64,000 bases of DNA from an uncultured Candidatus Saccharibacteria bacterium (GTDB taxonomy: Bacteria > Patescibacteriota > Doudnabacteria > UBA920), in contig CAZDEP010000003.1 in the NCBI GenBank assembly GCA_964504715.1, positions 10,111 to 74,110 on the forward strand. Reading direction: 5' to 3'. The translations under genes were made by a program, and so were the position numbers. Below the pieces are notes generated by a model. That model saw nothing but the letters and a program-made list of their open reading frames with translations, was not told the DNA's origin and ran no database searches. How positions within the stretch are numbered: position 1 is the stretch's first letter; each line of letters opens with the position of its first letter. Of this stretch, positions 18,867 through 27,865 are shown in pieces.

Positions 18867-20734
18867 GCCTGGGCTAAGGAAAACAGTTTCAAGCTGTTAA
18901 ATATAACCAAAATTGCCATTCCTGAGTCGGCTCCGATGGCATACTCAAGATGAGTAAAACCAAACAAAGCAAGTATGAGAAAAAGCGCTTTAACCGCTAA
19001 TGCGGCCATAATATTTTGCTTGATGGTTTTAACTGTTTTCCTGCCCAAGTCTATCGCAAAAGGAATATTGAGGAGGTTATTGTTCATCAAAGCAATGTCA
19101 GCGGTTTCTATGGCTACATCGCTTCCACCGGCGCCCATAGCTATGCCAACGCTGGCCGTGGCTAAAGACGGCGCGTCGTTAACCCCATCTCCCACCATTG
19201 CCACAATGCCAAATTCTGCTTTCATGTTTTCAATTTTTTGCACTTTTTCATCTGGCAACAGCGAAGCATAAACTTTTTCAATACCCAGCTGTTTGGCAAC
19301 AAAATTTGCGCTGTGTTTGTTATCCCCACTCACAATGGCAGAGGTAATTTGCTTTTTGCTTAATTCATGAACACTTCGTTTTGCTTCCGGACGAATTTTG
19401 TCTGAAATGGCCAGCGCTCCCATAACAGTCTTGTCGCCGCTCACCAAAACTACGGTTTTGCCCTGCTTCTCCAAATTTTCTGCTTTTGTTAAGACTTCCT
19501 GGCTGACCGCACTGCTTGCGCCAATAAATTTTAAATTGCCTATACAATGATCTTTATCCTCGCAGACCAGACACACCGCCCGCCCGCCTTTGCCAGCGGT
19601 GTTTTGATAGTTTTCCATTTTATGCGGGGAAATGCCTTTTTGTTTGGCAAAATCTATGATGCTTTTGGACAAAGGGTGCGAAGAGAACTGCTCAATCCCT
19701 GCAGCATCTTCCAACACTTCTTTTTCAGTAAAACCATTAAAGGCAACGGCTTCGGATACATAAGGCTCCCCGACAGTTAAAGTTCTAGTTTTATCAAAAG
19801 CCACTGCCTTAATTTTGCCCAAAACTTCCAAAAATTTGCCGCCTTTAATCAAAATTCCTCTCTTGGAAGCTCCTCCGATCGCGGAAGCAATAGATACAGG
19901 AGTGGAAATAACCAGGGCGCAGGGGCAGGCAATGACCAAAAGCACTAAAGCCCGATACAACCAAGTTTCAAAGGGGGCATGAAACAGTAGCGGTGGAATA
20001 ACCGCAATTAAAAAAGCTACTGCAACAATTGCGGGAGTGTAATACCTGGCAAAACTATCAATAAACTCATGGGCGGGGGCGCGGGATGCCTGTGCCTGTT
20101 CTACCAATTTGATAATTTTTGCAAAAGTAGAATCCTTGCTTGCTTTCTCCACTTTAATTTCTAAATACCCGTGCTGGTTTATAGTTCCGGCAAAGACCAT
20201 GTCCCCTTCATGTTTATCTTTGGAAATAGATTCACCGGTAATAGTTGCCTCATCTACAGCCGAAAACCCTTTTACCACGGTTCCGTCCAAGGGAATAAGA
20301 TCTCCCGGACGGACAGCAATAACTGTTCCGATAGCAATTTGTTCAACAGGCAGCTTTTCTCCGTTCAATAAAATGGCTGTTTGAGGAGATTTTTTTATCA
20401 GGGCTTCCACGGCTTTTCGTGAACGTTCAATGCCAAATTCTTCAAAAAACTCTGCCAAAGAAAAGAAAAATACGACCGCGGCCGCTTCTGCCAGCTGATT
20501 TATGTATATGGCGCCAACGGCTGCCATGGTAACCAAAAAGTTGATATTCAAAAAACGCTGCTTTGTCAATCCTCGAACAGCAGTCATAAAGACAAAATAG
20601 CCGCCTGAAGCTATGGATAGGTAATACAAAAACATGGTTGCGGCGGGCGGCGTTTGCAGAAATTTTGCCGCCCATGCCGCAACCAGGCTCAAGCCCGAGA
20701 TGAAAGTAAGCAGTTTTTTTGTATTCATTCTCAA
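18863..20734 (-). CDS. P1B-type heavy-metal ATPase lacking an N-terminal metal-binding domain; CPC motif; TM7/TM8 residues (K..., DSGMAILV) resemble Zn/Cd/Pb-type (P1B-2) pumps
   Basis: [24 protein letters not shown] and GDGVNDAPSL. No HMA domain. Confidence 0.8.
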   Translation of the reverse strand: MRMNTKKLLTFISGLSLVAAWAAKFLQTPPAATMFLYYLSIASGGYFVFMTAVRGLTKQRFLNINFLVTMAAVGAIYINQLAEAAAVVFFFSLAEFFEEFGIERSRKAVEALIKKSPQTAILLNGEKLPVEQIAIGTVIAVRPGDLIPLDGTVVKGFSAVDEATITGESISKDKHEGDMVFAGTINQHGYLEIKVEKASKDSTFAKIIKLVEQAQASRAPAHEFIDSFARYYTPAIVAVAFLIAVIPPLLFHAPFETWLYRALVLLVIACPCALVISTPVSIASAIGGASKRGILIKGGKFLEVLGKIKAVAFDKTRTLTVGEPYVSEAVAFNGFTEKEVLEDAAGIEQFSSHPLSKSIIDFAKQKGISPHKMENYQNTAGKGGRAVCLVCEDKDHCIGNLKFIGASSAVSQEVLTKAENLEKQGKTVVLVSGDKTVMGALAISDKIRPEAKRSVHELSKKQITSAIVSGDNKHSANFVAKQLGIEKVYASLLPDEKVQKIENMKAEFGIVAMVGDGVNDAPSLATASVGIAMGAGGSDVAIETADIALMNNNLLNIPFAIDLGRKTVKTIKQNIMAALAVKALFLILALFGFTHLEYAIGADSGMAILVIFNSLKLFSLAQA

Positions 20735-20750
20735 ATCATGTTCTTTGCTC

Positions 20751-22361
20751 CTATTCTACCTTAAATTTCATCATCATGCCACTTTCTAGATGTTCAGCAA
20801 TATGACAATGCGCCATCCAAACGCCGGGATTGGTAACGTCCAAGAGGATTTCAACAGTGTCTCCGGTTTGAATAAGCGCCGTGTCTTTCCAGACCAGGTT
20901 GTCGTTTTTTACCCCGTTGGTCGAAAGCACCAGAAATCGCTGGCCGTGGAAATGAATGGGATGCTGCATCGGGTGCATGGCGTTGGGGTCGTTGAAAATC
21001 TTGATTTTAACCTTGTCGCCGACTTTAAATTTCCAGTCTATATCCATGTTCTTTTTGCCCGTAACGCTGTCAGTAAGTTGCCAAGTTAATGTTTTGGTTG
21101 TGGAATTGACGTTCATCATGTCCATGTCGTCTTCCCATTCGATTTTTTTGATGCCACCGGACATGCCCATGGCGTCATTGTCCATCATCATGCCGTTGCT
21201 CATCATATGCTGGCCCATTCCACTATTCATCATGCCGTTTTGAGATCCCATATTAACCGCCAGGGTCAGGGTCTTGTCCGGCTGTTTGTCGAAGTACGAC
21301 CTAAAGGGATCTATGCTGGCCTGCACATCTTTATTGGTTCTTAGCATGTTAAATTCCTGGGCGTAAGAAGGATTAGCAGAATCGGCTGAAACGTTTATTT
21401 TCGCCAGAGGGTAAGTTTGTGGCGAGCTCCTGTGCTCTAAGGTAAAACTGCCGGGCTGGGAAAATAACACGTCGACAATGGCGCGCTCGGACGGACTAAT
21501 GATAATATTTTCCACGAACTGCTCTTTTTCGTATTTGCCGCTGTCGCCGCCCACCAGCTTCATTTTTGCTCCCGGCAAGTTAACGTTAAAAGTACGGGTA
21601 TTGGCCGCGTTGGTCAGATACAGTCTGACCAACTCGCCCTTTTTGGCGCTGATTTGATAGTTGGTTTCGCCGTTGACCAGCATAACGTCGCCAAACCTGC
21701 CCATCAGAGTGTGGTCAGCGGTTTCAGCATTGAACGCTGTAATGCCATTATCGTCAAACAGAACGTCATCCAAAAATAGCGCCTGCTCCTGGTTTACCGG
21801 CGACCAATAATCAGGGTCGTTCGATGACACTAAGAAATTGCCGTAAAGTCCCATTTCCTGGGCATAATCTTCCCGGATGTGTGGATGATACCAATACATA
21901 CCTTCGTCCGGGAATTTGATTTTGTAAGCAAACGATTCGCCAATCCCGACTGCTTTCTGGGTCACGTCCGGCACGCCGTCAAAGGCATTGTCCAGCCTGA
22001 CGCCGTGGGAATGAATGGTCGTTGGCACGTCGGTGTTGTTGGTAAAATTTATGGTTACTTCCGAACCCTTAGCCGCTTTAATTAATGGCCCCGGCACAGA
22101 GCCGTTATAACCCAGCATCTTAACTTCTAAATTTCCGATTTTTTTTCTGACAATGTCCGCGGTCAAATTAAAAGTGTCGCCGTTTTTTAATTCCACGGTT
22201 TGCTGGGGTTTGGCTTCCGGCAGCTGGCCTAAAGATTGGCTGGAAAATTTAATTTGCGAACCGGCCGGTTTTGGACTTTGCGATTTGCTTTTTATCAGCC
22301 ATACGGAACCGGCCGCGACCAGCAAAACGGCAATTATTAAATATATGCTGTTTTTTTTCAT
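20751..22361 (-). CDS. multicopper oxidase (CueO/laccase-like) with a Met-rich insert
   Basis: Signal peptide. Copper-ligand motifs HSHG, WYHPH, HPIHFHG and HCHIAEHLESGMMM. Met-rich segment MGSQNGMMNSGMGQHMMSNGMMMDNDAMGM. Confidence 0.9.
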   Translation of the reverse strand: MKKNSIYLIIAVLLVAAGSVWLIKSKSQSPKPAGSQIKFSSQSLGQLPEAKPQQTVELKNGDTFNLTADIVRKKIGNLEVKMLGYNGSVPGPLIKAAKGSEVTINFTNNTDVPTTIHSHGVRLDNAFDGVPDVTQKAVGIGESFAYKIKFPDEGMYWYHPHIREDYAQEMGLYGNFLVSSNDPDYWSPVNQEQALFLDDVLFDDNGITAFNAETADHTLMGRFGDVMLVNGETNYQISAKKGELVRLYLTNAANTRTFNVNLPGAKMKLVGGDSGKYEKEQFVENIIISPSERAIVDVLFSQPGSFTLEHRSSPQTYPLAKINVSADSANPSYAQEFNMLRTNKDVQASIDPFRSYFDKQPDKTLTLAVNMGSQNGMMNSGMGQHMMSNGMMMDNDAMGMSGGIKKIEWEDDMDMMNVNSTTKTLTWQLTDSVTGKKNMDIDWKFKVGDKVKIKIFNDPNAMHPMQHPIHFHGQRFLVLSTNGVKNDNLVWKDTALIQTGDTVEILLDVTNPGVWMAHCHIAEHLESGMMMKFKVE

Positions 22362-22364
22362 GTT

Positions 22365-22922
22365 TTACCTCGCTAATGTTTCCGGCGATTTGTTCTTGTT
22401 CGCCTTAATGAATTCTAAAATTTTAGCTTCGTCATAATTTTCCATCTTTTGCAAGCGCCCCCAGGAAGCCAGGACGATTTTGGAATCATTTGCCGATCTT
22501 GGGGTCATTATAATACTGCTGGAATTGGCTTTAGTTATGGCTTCAAGGCTTGCTTTGGTCTGGTCGTCGATGTCGTTATAGGAAATCCAGATGCCGCCGT
22601 GTTCCAGATTGTGGATCATTTTAACGTCCGGCTGCACATCATCAAACACGCCCCACTTTTCCGCATACTCAAAATGCGGGCCGGAAGTCGGCGGATTGGA
22701 ATTATATTCGGCTTTAAAGTTAATGTCTTTGGTGTGATCCCGTCCCAAAATGGGAATTTCCTCTCCCACCTGGGGCAGATTGGAAGACGCCTCCCTCACA
22801 GCGAGCTTACTGGCTTTCTGGTCCTGCAAGAACAGTAAAACACCCAGTCCTAATGTGCCAACCACTATCAATATGATGATAATAATTTTTTTTCCGCCTC
22901 CAGCGGACATGGTTTTGTTCAT
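22365..22922 (-). CDS. DUF3105-domain membrane-anchored protein
   Basis: NSNPPTSGPH...HNLEHGGIWISY pattern typical of DUF3105. Its stop is 3 nt from the MCO start. Confidence 0.65.
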   Translation of the reverse strand: MNKTMSAGGGKKIIIIILIVVGTLGLGVLLFLQDQKASKLAVREASSNLPQVGEEIPILGRDHTKDINFKAEYNSNPPTSGPHFEYAEKWGVFDDVQPDVKMIHNLEHGGIWISYNDIDDQTKASLEAITKANSSSIIMTPRSANDSKIVLASWGRLQKMENYDEAKILEFIKANKNKSPETLAR

Positions 22923-22934
22923 AATGCTGTAAAA

Positions 22935-23369
22935 TTACTTTTTCAAATCCCCGATATAATATTGTTCCAGCATTTTTCTGGCGTTTTCCGAATGGGGAAT
23001 CTTGGAACCCATTGGCCTGGTTTCAAACAATTTCGTAGCATCTATGCCGCAGGCCTGGAAAATCAATTCTCCGCCGGGATGGCTATTACTGGCAAATTCC
23101 AGGATATCATAAACCCTACCATGGATAATAGCCCAACACTCCTCGGAGTCGGGATCAGCGCCATGAGCGGCTACTTCTTCCATAGTATAGGTTTTGGCCG
23201 GCATGGTGACGCTTTCCATTTCCGTTTTGGCGGTTTCTTGTTGAGACCTGGTCTGTTGCTCCATATTTTGTGTGGTATCTGATTTAACCCGGGTCTTATC
23301 CTTTTTGAAATACAGAACCGACAATATTGCCACTGCCAGAATTAATAAACCTATTGCAACCTTTTTCAT
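22935..23369 (-). CDS. cytochrome b5-like heme-binding domain protein, membrane anchored
   Basis: N-terminal TM segment. The C-terminal domain has the HPGG motif (FASNSHPGGELIF) and a Y..D.......HPGG pattern. Confidence 0.75.
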   Translation of the reverse strand: MKKVAIGLLILAVAILSVLYFKKDKTRVKSDTTQNMEQQTRSQQETAKTEMESVTMPAKTYTMEEVAAHGADPDSEECWAIIHGRVYDILEFASNSHPGGELIFQACGIDATKLFETRPMGSKIPHSENARKMLEQYYIGDLKK

Positions 23370-23884
23370 TGTTTATTGATTATTTTACAGACCTGCTCCG
23401 TGGGATAGGAAATTATCATGAAATACAACGTCATTAGCAATAAAACTATTGCCACGACAGATATTTCCGTTCCTTGGAAAGGAAAATACACTAGACTGCC
23501 ACTTAGTCCCAGCAAGGCAAGGATGGGCAGGCCACACAGGGCGCAACCGCTGCTGACAATCGCCAAAAGCGAACTACCTCCAACCATGATATGTAGCTTC
23601 CCGCCACCCCGCAATACAGATATCCGTAAACCAAGCAAAGTTAAATTAATTCCAGTTAAAACTGCGGTAAAAGCAAGTAGGAACAAAGAAACTTTAGTCA
23701 TTGCCGTCCACATTCCGCCAAGCAAGATGATGAGCAGTCTAAATTTATAAGATAGCGGAAAACTGCCAAAGATAGTGTCCTTTACCAAAATGAAATTCAT
23801 CAAGTAAACAGCCAAAATAATATATATAACGGCAATGCCTAAGCTTAAGCTCAAAAATTTTTTAGATAACAAGATTTCTCTCAT
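23366..23884 (-). CDS. hypothetical polytopic membrane protein with a CALC motif
   Basis: 5-6 TM helices. It overlaps the downstream gene by 4 nt. Confidence 0.5.
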   Translation of the reverse strand: MREILLSKKFLSLSLGIAVIYIILAVYLMNFILVKDTIFGSFPLSYKFRLLIILLGGMWTAMTKVSLFLLAFTAVLTGINLTLLGLRISVLRGGGKLHIMVGGSSLLAIVSSGCALCGLPILALLGLSGSLVYFPFQGTEISVVAIVLLLMTLYFMIISYPTEQVCKIINKQ

Positions 23885-23897
23885 CCGGATTTTTAGA

Positions 23898-24719
23898 TTA
23901 TTTTAGCTGCTGGTCAATTACGGTTTTAAACGCTGCATAAGGCTGGGCGCCGACTATTCTGGCGCCGTTAATTGTGCCGTTGGAAGTGGATTTGCCAATA
24001 AACCAAGTCGGTGTGCCAGAAGCGCCCGCCGCTGTGGCATCGGCGATATCCTTGTCTACTTCGGCCTTAAACTTTTCCGAATCCAAACATTGCTGGAATT
24101 GGCTTACGTTTAATCCTAAATCTTTTGCAATTACCGGCAATTGGTCTAACGCTATCCCGGTGCCGTTGGAAGTGGTTTTGGTGAAAATTTGGTCATGGTA
24201 TTTATAGTATGCCGAATCTCCGCCTTGCGTCCGGGCGCATTCAGCCGCTTGTGCCTCCTTGTGGGCGTTTTGGTGAAAGGCGAGCGGCAAGTCACGATAG
24301 ACGAACTTTACTTTTCCGGTATCAATATAATCCTTTTTTAAGTTAGAGATAACGTCATTAAAGGAGCGTTTGCAGAACGGGCATTCATAATCAGAAAATT
24401 CAATTATCGTTAGCGGCGCATTTTTGCTGCCCATAACAGGATCATCGTCCACAGAAACTTGAGCCGAGCCATCAGTCGGAGGGGTTTGTGCTGCTGCACT
24501 TGGAGCGTTCGGCGCTTGTTGCTGGTAACCAGCAAGTTGAGTAAGCCCCGAGCCTTTGGTTATAAACTGTTTGGTGTTATAGAAGATAGAACCTGAAATT
24601 AAGACTGCGCCAATAAGGATGGCCGCTGGTAGCATATAAGTAGTATTGTTTTCCGTTGTCTTGCTAACCGGCGGCGTATTTTCCGCCTCATGATGTTGGT
24701 GGTGCATGTGCTGTTCCAT
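23898..24719 (-). CDS. DsbA-family thiol:disulfide oxidoreductase (thioredoxin fold), membrane anchored, His-rich N-terminus
   Basis: CPFC active site (YECPFCKR). N-terminus MEQHMHHQHHE, then a TM anchor. Confidence 0.85.
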   Translation of the reverse strand: MEQHMHHQHHEAENTPPVSKTTENNTTYMLPAAILIGAVLISGSIFYNTKQFITKGSGLTQLAGYQQQAPNAPSAAAQTPPTDGSAQVSVDDDPVMGSKNAPLTIIEFSDYECPFCKRSFNDVISNLKKDYIDTGKVKFVYRDLPLAFHQNAHKEAQAAECARTQGGDSAYYKYHDQIFTKTTSNGTGIALDQLPVIAKDLGLNVSQFQQCLDSEKFKAEVDKDIADATAAGASGTPTWFIGKSTSNGTINGARIVGAQPYAAFKTVIDQQLK

Positions 24720-24750
24720 ATTTTATTGTTTGAAATTAATTGTTACCGCA

Positions 24751-24807
24751 AATAAAAAACCAGCGTAATATTTATTTCATAACAAAACAATAAATATTGG
24801 GAGCTGG
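24751..24807 (-). terminator. rho-independent terminator on the minus strand after the 24814-25236 gene
   Basis: Hairpin ccagc-gtaatatttatt...aataaatatt-gggagctgg. An A9 run on the plus strand gives a U-tract on the minus strand. Confidence 0.5.
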
Positions 24808-24813
24808 TTGAAA

Positions 24814-25236
24814 TTAAACGCTGTAGATTTTTGGATTCAAAATTCCTTGAGAAAAAGCTAAAAGCAAATAATTATGCAAAACAGATATGTTTTGCCGTAA
24901 GTAGTAAATTCTGGAAGCTATGAATTTTTCAGCTTGACCAAAAAGTTTAAGAAAAGAAATAAAGACCAGTCCCACCAAAAATATCATGCCGGAGCCAAAG
25001 TTTTTATTTTCTACGATGCTTGAGCCTAGTTGTTCAAAAAAGCTATTATTGGGCGCATGAATTTCACAACAGCTGGAGGAATCTTCAGATATCATCGGCA
25101 TTGTAGAATTTTCCTGTGCGTAAGCTACTGTGTGCATATCTCTGTTAAAAAGACTGCAAATACCCGAAAAGCCTCCTAAAAAGAGGCTTATAAAAATTAG
25201 GCTAAATAACGAATATTTTAATTTACTTGTCAACAT
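24814..25236 (-). CDS. hypothetical membrane protein (140 aa) with a CC motif
   Basis: ORF with a TM segment at each end. This is the first gene of the minus-strand cluster. Confidence 0.45.
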   Translation of the reverse strand: MLTSKLKYSLFSLIFISLFLGGFSGICSLFNRDMHTVAYAQENSTMPMISEDSSSCCEIHAPNNSFFEQLGSSIVENKNFGSGMIFLVGLVFISFLKLFGQAEKFIASRIYYLRQNISVLHNYLLLAFSQGILNPKIYSV

Positions 25237-25374
25237 TTATATTGTAAATGATAACATATTTTTGAAATCGTTTGAAGCACTGTAACAATGGAAATTGTAG
25301 TCCAAATGCGCACACAGCAGGTGGGTAGGACAAGCGCATTAACTCCTATTAAATTGTCTTTTAATTAACATACT

Positions 25375-25620
25375 GCAGTTGGGTTAGTAGGTCTGTATTT
25401 CTCGGTTTTTTGGCCTCTGTTTTGTGTCCTTGTTCCTTGGTTTCCACCCCCCCTCTTCTGTTTTTGGTTTTAGTTAGCTATTTGTATTTGGTATTTAGTT
25501 AGTTTAGTTGATTAGTATTAGTTAATAGATTTAAGTCTAGTTTAGAAGTATATATTGATGTTTTAGTATTGTTAGTATATATATTATTAGTCGTTCAGTT
25601 GATTCTCTGGTGAGATAGTA
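25375..25620. other. strongly composition-biased, non-coding tract (A-poor on plus, T/G-rich with degenerate TTAG(T) repeats)
   Basis: There is no ORF >=60 aa on either strand across 25237-25823. Visible strand skew, and repeated ttagtt/tatttag/tattag units. Confidence 0.5.
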
Positions 25621-25745
25621 GTCGCCACATTAGCCATAACAGAACATCAATATATACAGGTAGTTTAAGAGTTTTACTAGTACAATCGGGTTGAACTAGC
25701 TGTTGTACTAGTAAGACCGCCGGTTCCTTAGCCACAGCTTAAAAC

Positions 25746-25801
25746 AAAAATCCCTGATTAGCAAGAGGATGTCAAGGCTGGTTGCTAAGCTAGGGATTTT
25801 T
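25746..25801. terminator. terminator-like imperfect hairpin (aaatccct..ttagcaa / ttgctaa..agggattt), A/T flanked
   Basis: ~15 bp interrupted stem, lying just before the GIY-YIG gene at the end of the biased tract. Confidence 0.35.
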
Positions 25802-25823
25802 GGTAAAATAGGTTTTAGCCTCG

Positions 25824-26204
25824 TTGTATAGAGGCACCATTCGACTCGTTTTGATAAAACAAAACTCGCTCATGGTCTTCGACCCTATCCAAAATCAAAA
25901 CATCAATTTTAAATACTCACGAGTCGAATGCCCTGAGCATGTCGAAGGGCACCACTATTTTTATATTTTAGAATGCTCTGATAATTCATTGTATTGTGGT
26001 TCTTCAACTAAATTATCAGGACGTTTAATTGAACATCAAATCGGAAAAGCTGCCCATTGGACACGTTTGCGTCGCCCTGTACAGCTTATTTATTTTGAAA
26101 TATACGATAACCATTTGAAAGCACAACAGCGAGAGTTACAAATTAAAGGCTGGGTAAGAGAAAAGAAAGAGAATTTGATACTTGGAAAATGGGGTAAGCA
26201 ATAA
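25824..26204 (+). CDS. GIY-YIG nuclease superfamily protein (UPF0213/YhbQ-like)
   Basis: YFYILECSDNSLYCGSSTKLSGRLIEHQIGKAAHWTRLRRPVQLIY matches the GIY-YIG signature. The true start may be internal. Confidence 0.8.
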   Translation: MYRGTIRLVLIKQNSLMVFDPIQNQNINFKYSRVECPEHVEGHHYFYILECSDNSLYCGSSTKLSGRLIEHQIGKAAHWTRLRRPVQLIYFEIYDNHLKAQQRELQIKGWVREKKENLILGKWGKQ

Positions 26205-26382
26205 GCGTGAACGCTATTTTAAAACTACCACTGCTTCGCTAAAGCTACGCAGTGCAAGCAAAGGCAGGGCCACATTAAACAAATGCTGAGGGAATTTCTT
26301 AAATAACAGGCCATATCCAAATTTCATCCATATATTTAATACCCTCCTCTCCGGGCTAAAACCCCGGGATTTCCTGTAATAG

Positions 26383-26410
26383 AAAAAACCACCGCTTTGG
26401 CGGTGGTTTT
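26383..26410. terminator. bidirectional intrinsic terminator (aaaaaa-ccaccgc-tttg-gcggtgg-tttt)
   Basis: Perfect 7-bp GC-rich stem flanked by A6 and T4. Confidence 0.6.
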
Positions 26411-26414
26411 GCCT

Positions 26415-26510
26415 TTATGCAACAGGAGCTGCCGGTGTAGCCGGGGTTGCCGGAGTGGCGGGAGTTTCAGGAGTTGTCGGATTTTGAGGCACAGTTGTTT
26501 CGTCAGACAT
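26415..26510 (-). CDS. possible 31-aa Pro/Thr-rich peptide (MSDETTVPQNPTTPETPATPATPATPAAPVA)
   Basis: Manually read ORF with an AGGGA RBS ~5 nt upstream, ending at the terminator. Very speculative. Confidence 0.2.
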   Translation of the reverse strand: MSDETTVPQNPTTPETPATPATPATPAAPVA

Positions 26511-26778
26511 ATCATCCCTTTCGCTTCAGTACCTTATCCCAGGCAAGAAGATTAAGTTGTTAGAAGTTCCAATGGACAGAACAAGATCTTAACTTTAACA
26601 GCAATAACCCAATTAGTCAACCAATTTTGGGTAAAAACCACGTATTTGTTGAGATTGTTGACAAACAAACCCATTTATGTCATATTTAACCAGTAAAATC
26701 CTAAGTTTGGAAAAATCGTCGAGCTTCCCCTAGAACAAATTTTGCACTTAATTTTTAATTCCCAACAAAATTACTCAT

Positions 26779-26982
26779 ATGAATGGCGTAATCAAAAAGC
26801 TTATCTCGGACAAAGGCTTCGGCTTTATTTCCGTAGAAGGCCAGGAAAAAGATTTATTTTTCCACAGCAATTCTTTGGTAGACGTACAGTTCGCCGACCT
26901 TAAAGAAGGCGACAAAGTCACGTTCGAAATCGAAGACTCCCCCAAGGGCAAAAATGCTGTAAGCGTAAAGCTTGCAGAATAA
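26779..26982 (+). CDS. cspA: cold-shock protein (CspA family, S1-like cold-shock domain)
   Basis: 67 aa. RNP motifs KGFGFI and the consensus ...DLFFHSNSL...GDKVTFEIEDSPKG. Long AT-rich 5' UTR with a TTGACA promoter ~120 nt upstream. Confidence 0.9.
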   Translation: MNGVIKKLISDKGFGFISVEGQEKDLFFHSNSLVDVQFADLKEGDKVTFEIEDSPKGKNAVSVKLAE

Positions 26983-26997
26983 CCACCCTTTACTTTA

Positions 26998-27032
26998 AAT
27001 CCTCTCTATTTTTTATAGGGAGGATTTTTTGT
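26998..27032 (+). terminator. intrinsic terminator after csp (aatcctc...gaggatt + T6)
   Basis: Hairpin followed by tttttt, directly after the csp stop. Confidence 0.5.
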
Positions 27033-27287
27033 TTTAAAATAGACGAAGAAAAATGGGCAAGCCCTCCTTTCGCGTACTGGGTGTGCCAATATCCCTTACT
27101 TTTTCCACTTCTTTTTATGGCAATATTGGCATATAATACTTCCAGACATGGAAATTAAGCTTGTTGTAAGGGATATAAAAGGCGCAAAATCTGTGAACTA
27201 ATTCAGTCCGGATTTTGTATGCAAAGAAATTGTCATAAATTAAATTCATGACGGAAAAATTTTCTGACCGACTAATATAACTTTACT

Positions 27288-27575
27288 ATGGAAGACAGAA
27301 TTAAAAAATTGGAATCCGAAATGGAGGCGGTCAAACTGCGCAACGCGCGCGTGGAAGCGGACAAGGCCTGGGAAAGCAGTTGGATTAGGATAGGCTTGCT
27401 TACTTTGCTTACCTATTTGGCCGCAGCCCTGGTTTTGCGTTCCATTGGCGCGGAAAATTTCCTTTTCGCTTCGCTCGTCCCTGCGGCCGGCTTTTTCCTT
27501 TCCGTCCAAACCCTGCCGGTTTTAAAACGTTGGTGGATTAAAAAATATTACATTCCAGATCGCAACAAAAAATAA
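27288..27575 (+). CDS. hypothetical small membrane protein (95 aa) with an N-terminal amphipathic/coiled segment and two TM helices
   Basis: ORF-track ORF. No motif recognised. Confidence 0.45.
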   Translation: MEDRIKKLESEMEAVKLRNARVEADKAWESSWIRIGLLTLLTYLAAALVLRSIGAENFLFASLVPAAGFFLSVQTLPVLKRWWIKKYYIPDRNKK

Positions 27576-27616
27576 TTAACCCGCGCCCCCTACAGGGCGC
27601 GAGAAAACAAAAAAAT

Positions 27617-27787
27617 ATGGGCAACCGCAGCACTTCGGAAGCAGTATACGGTCTGGGCCTGATTGGCGCTGCCGTGTATTATTTGCAGCACGCCAGCGCA
27701 TTTTGGCCGGGCGTTTTGGGCCTGCTTAAGGCCATAGTCTGGCCGGCTTTTTTGGTCTACAGGCTCCTCGGATTTTTAGGCATGTAA
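27617..27787 (+). CDS. possible small 2-TM membrane protein (56 aa, MGNRSTSEAVYGLGLIGAAVYYLQHAS...)
   Basis: Manually read ORF between the upstream gene and the terminator, below the ORF-track size cutoff. Confidence 0.3.
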   Translation: MGNRSTSEAVYGLGLIGAAVYYLQHASAFWPGVLGLLKAIVWPAFLVYRLLGFLGM

Positions 27788-27803
27788 GCCTTATTAGCAA
27801 ATT

Positions 27804-27840
27804 AAAAACGGCCTTCTTACAAAACAAGAAGGCCGTTTTT
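27804..27840. terminator. bidirectional intrinsic terminator (aaaaa-cggccttctt-acaaaac-aagaaggccg-ttttt)
   Basis: Perfect 10-bp stem flanked by A5 and T5. It separates the convergent plus-strand small genes from the minus-strand pilin gene. Confidence 0.65.
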
Positions 27841-27865
27841 AATATATAACTAAAATTCCGAGTAA

